In this document: piece by piece, positions 63,204-64,000 of the stretch
How the letters are laid out: every line of letters starts with the position of its first letter
Numbering within the stretch: position 1 is the stretch's first letter
Assembly (NCBI GenBank): GCA_965215335.1
Contig: CBDCDA010000001.1
Location: forward strand, 1,504,001 to 1,568,000
Length of the DNA stretch: 64,000 nt
Reading direction: 5' to 3'
Origin: an uncultured Candidatus Entotheonella sp.
Lineage (GTDB): Bacteria; Tectomicrobia; Entotheonellia; Entotheonellales; Entotheonellaceae
Program-made: the position numbers and the translations under genes
Notes under the pieces: generated by a model
The model's database searches: none
Seen by the model: the letters and a program-made list of their open reading frames with translations, nothing else
Told to the model about the DNA's origin: nothing

Positions 63204-64000
63204 CTAGAGTTCGGGTGGCCTCAGATGCGCCCACGGCGCCGCCTGCTCGCACGCCGCGGCGGCCTGCAGCACCAGCGTGTCGGCGTGCCAGCGGCCGACG
63301 ACCTGCAGCGCCACCGGCAACCCCTCGGAGTCGAACCCGCACGGCACGCTGGCGGTGGGCTGTCCCGTGAGGTTGAATGGAAAGGTGAACGGCAGCCGGT
63401 CGAACATCGACGGTGTCGGGGTGCCGTCGATGTGGCTGGGACCGCGCTCGACCGACCACGCCGCCAGCGGCATCTGCGGGGTGAGCAGCAAGTCGTAGGT
63501 CTCGAACAGGCATCGCACCTGGTGGTAGAACTCGGTGCGCGCCAACTGTGCCAGGCCCAACTGCACGGCGGAAACCCGCTGGCCGGCCTCGATCATTTCC
63601 ACCAGGCTGGACTCGAACCACTCCGGCCTCTGGGCGTAGCGTTCGGCGTTGCGCGTCGCGTAGGAAACGTTCCAGGCCATGGCCGCGGCCTCGCGTTGGT
63701 CGTCCCAGCCGGGGTTGACAGCTTCGACCTCGCAGCCGAAATCGCTGAAACGTTCAGCCGCCGCCGTAGTCAGGCGCCGCACTTCCGGGTCCACCGCGGC
63801 GTAGCCCAGATCGATGCTCCAGGCGACGCGCAGCCCGCGCAGCGCTGCGAGCGGCTGCGCCACCGCCGCGGCGTAGTCCTCGGGCGGGCTGTCGATGGTG
63901 GTGGGATCGCGCGGGTCGGGGCCGGCCAGGGCGCCGAGAAAGAGGGCCGCGTCGGCCACCGTACGGGTGATCGGGCCATTGTGCGAGCGGCCCGCCCAGA
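63204..64000 (-). CDS. Amidase signature family protein, C-terminal part (runs off the window end)
   Basis: HNGPITRTVADAA, GPDPRDP, DLLLTP, FNLTGQP..SVP.G, GLP..LQ. Confidence 0.9.
   Translation of the reverse strand, partial: WAGRSHNGPITRTVADAALFLGALAGPDPRDPTTIDSPPEDYAAAVAQPLAALRGLRVAWSIDLGYAAVDPEVRRLTTAAAERFSDFGCEVEAVNPGWDDQREAAAMAWNVSYATRNAERYAQRPEWFESSLVEMIEAGQRVSAVQLGLAQLARTEFYHQVRCLFETYDLLLTPQMPLAAWSVERGPSHIDGTPTPSMFDRLPFTFPFNLTGQPTASVPCGFDSEGLPVALQVVGRWHADTLVLQAAAACEQAAPWAHLRPPEL

Overview
High-GC bacterial chromosomal window with about 60 protein genes. No rRNA, tRNA or CRISPR array was seen. Gene content and an HU/IHF paralog with an LRRFG motif suggest a Candidatus Tectomicrobia/Entotheonella-like organism (inference). 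Housekeeping blocks include yebC-ruvCAB-queA, cbpA-hspR-dnaJ, an EF-G paralog, maf, a polyprenyl synthase, comM, tatBC-pyrE-murJ, an F1-only atpHAGDC operon, rsmI and citrate synthase. These alternate with catabolic paralogs (luciferase-like monooxygenases, CoA transferase, crotonase, GlcDE, enolase-family, amidase). Most notable: (1) a decayed KpnI-like HNH restriction endonuclease between a perfect TTGACA-N17-TATAAT promoter, which overlaps a HAIR-like operator, and the cbpA-hspR-dnaJ operon; (2) a signal-less DUF1800-DUF1501-NHL operon behind a C18 tract, converging on a TerC/helical protein/vWA operon; (3) an F1-ATPase gamma subunit with a ~20-aa loop at the mycobacterial gamma-loop position, plus an AT-rich insert between atpG and atpD; (4) a lower-GC lipoprotein joining a metzincin-like motif to a TbpB-like barrel; (5) a DacZ-like diadenylate cyclase; (6) several small repeat families, some supplying gene stop codons. 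Family assignments come from motif recognition by eye, not database searches.
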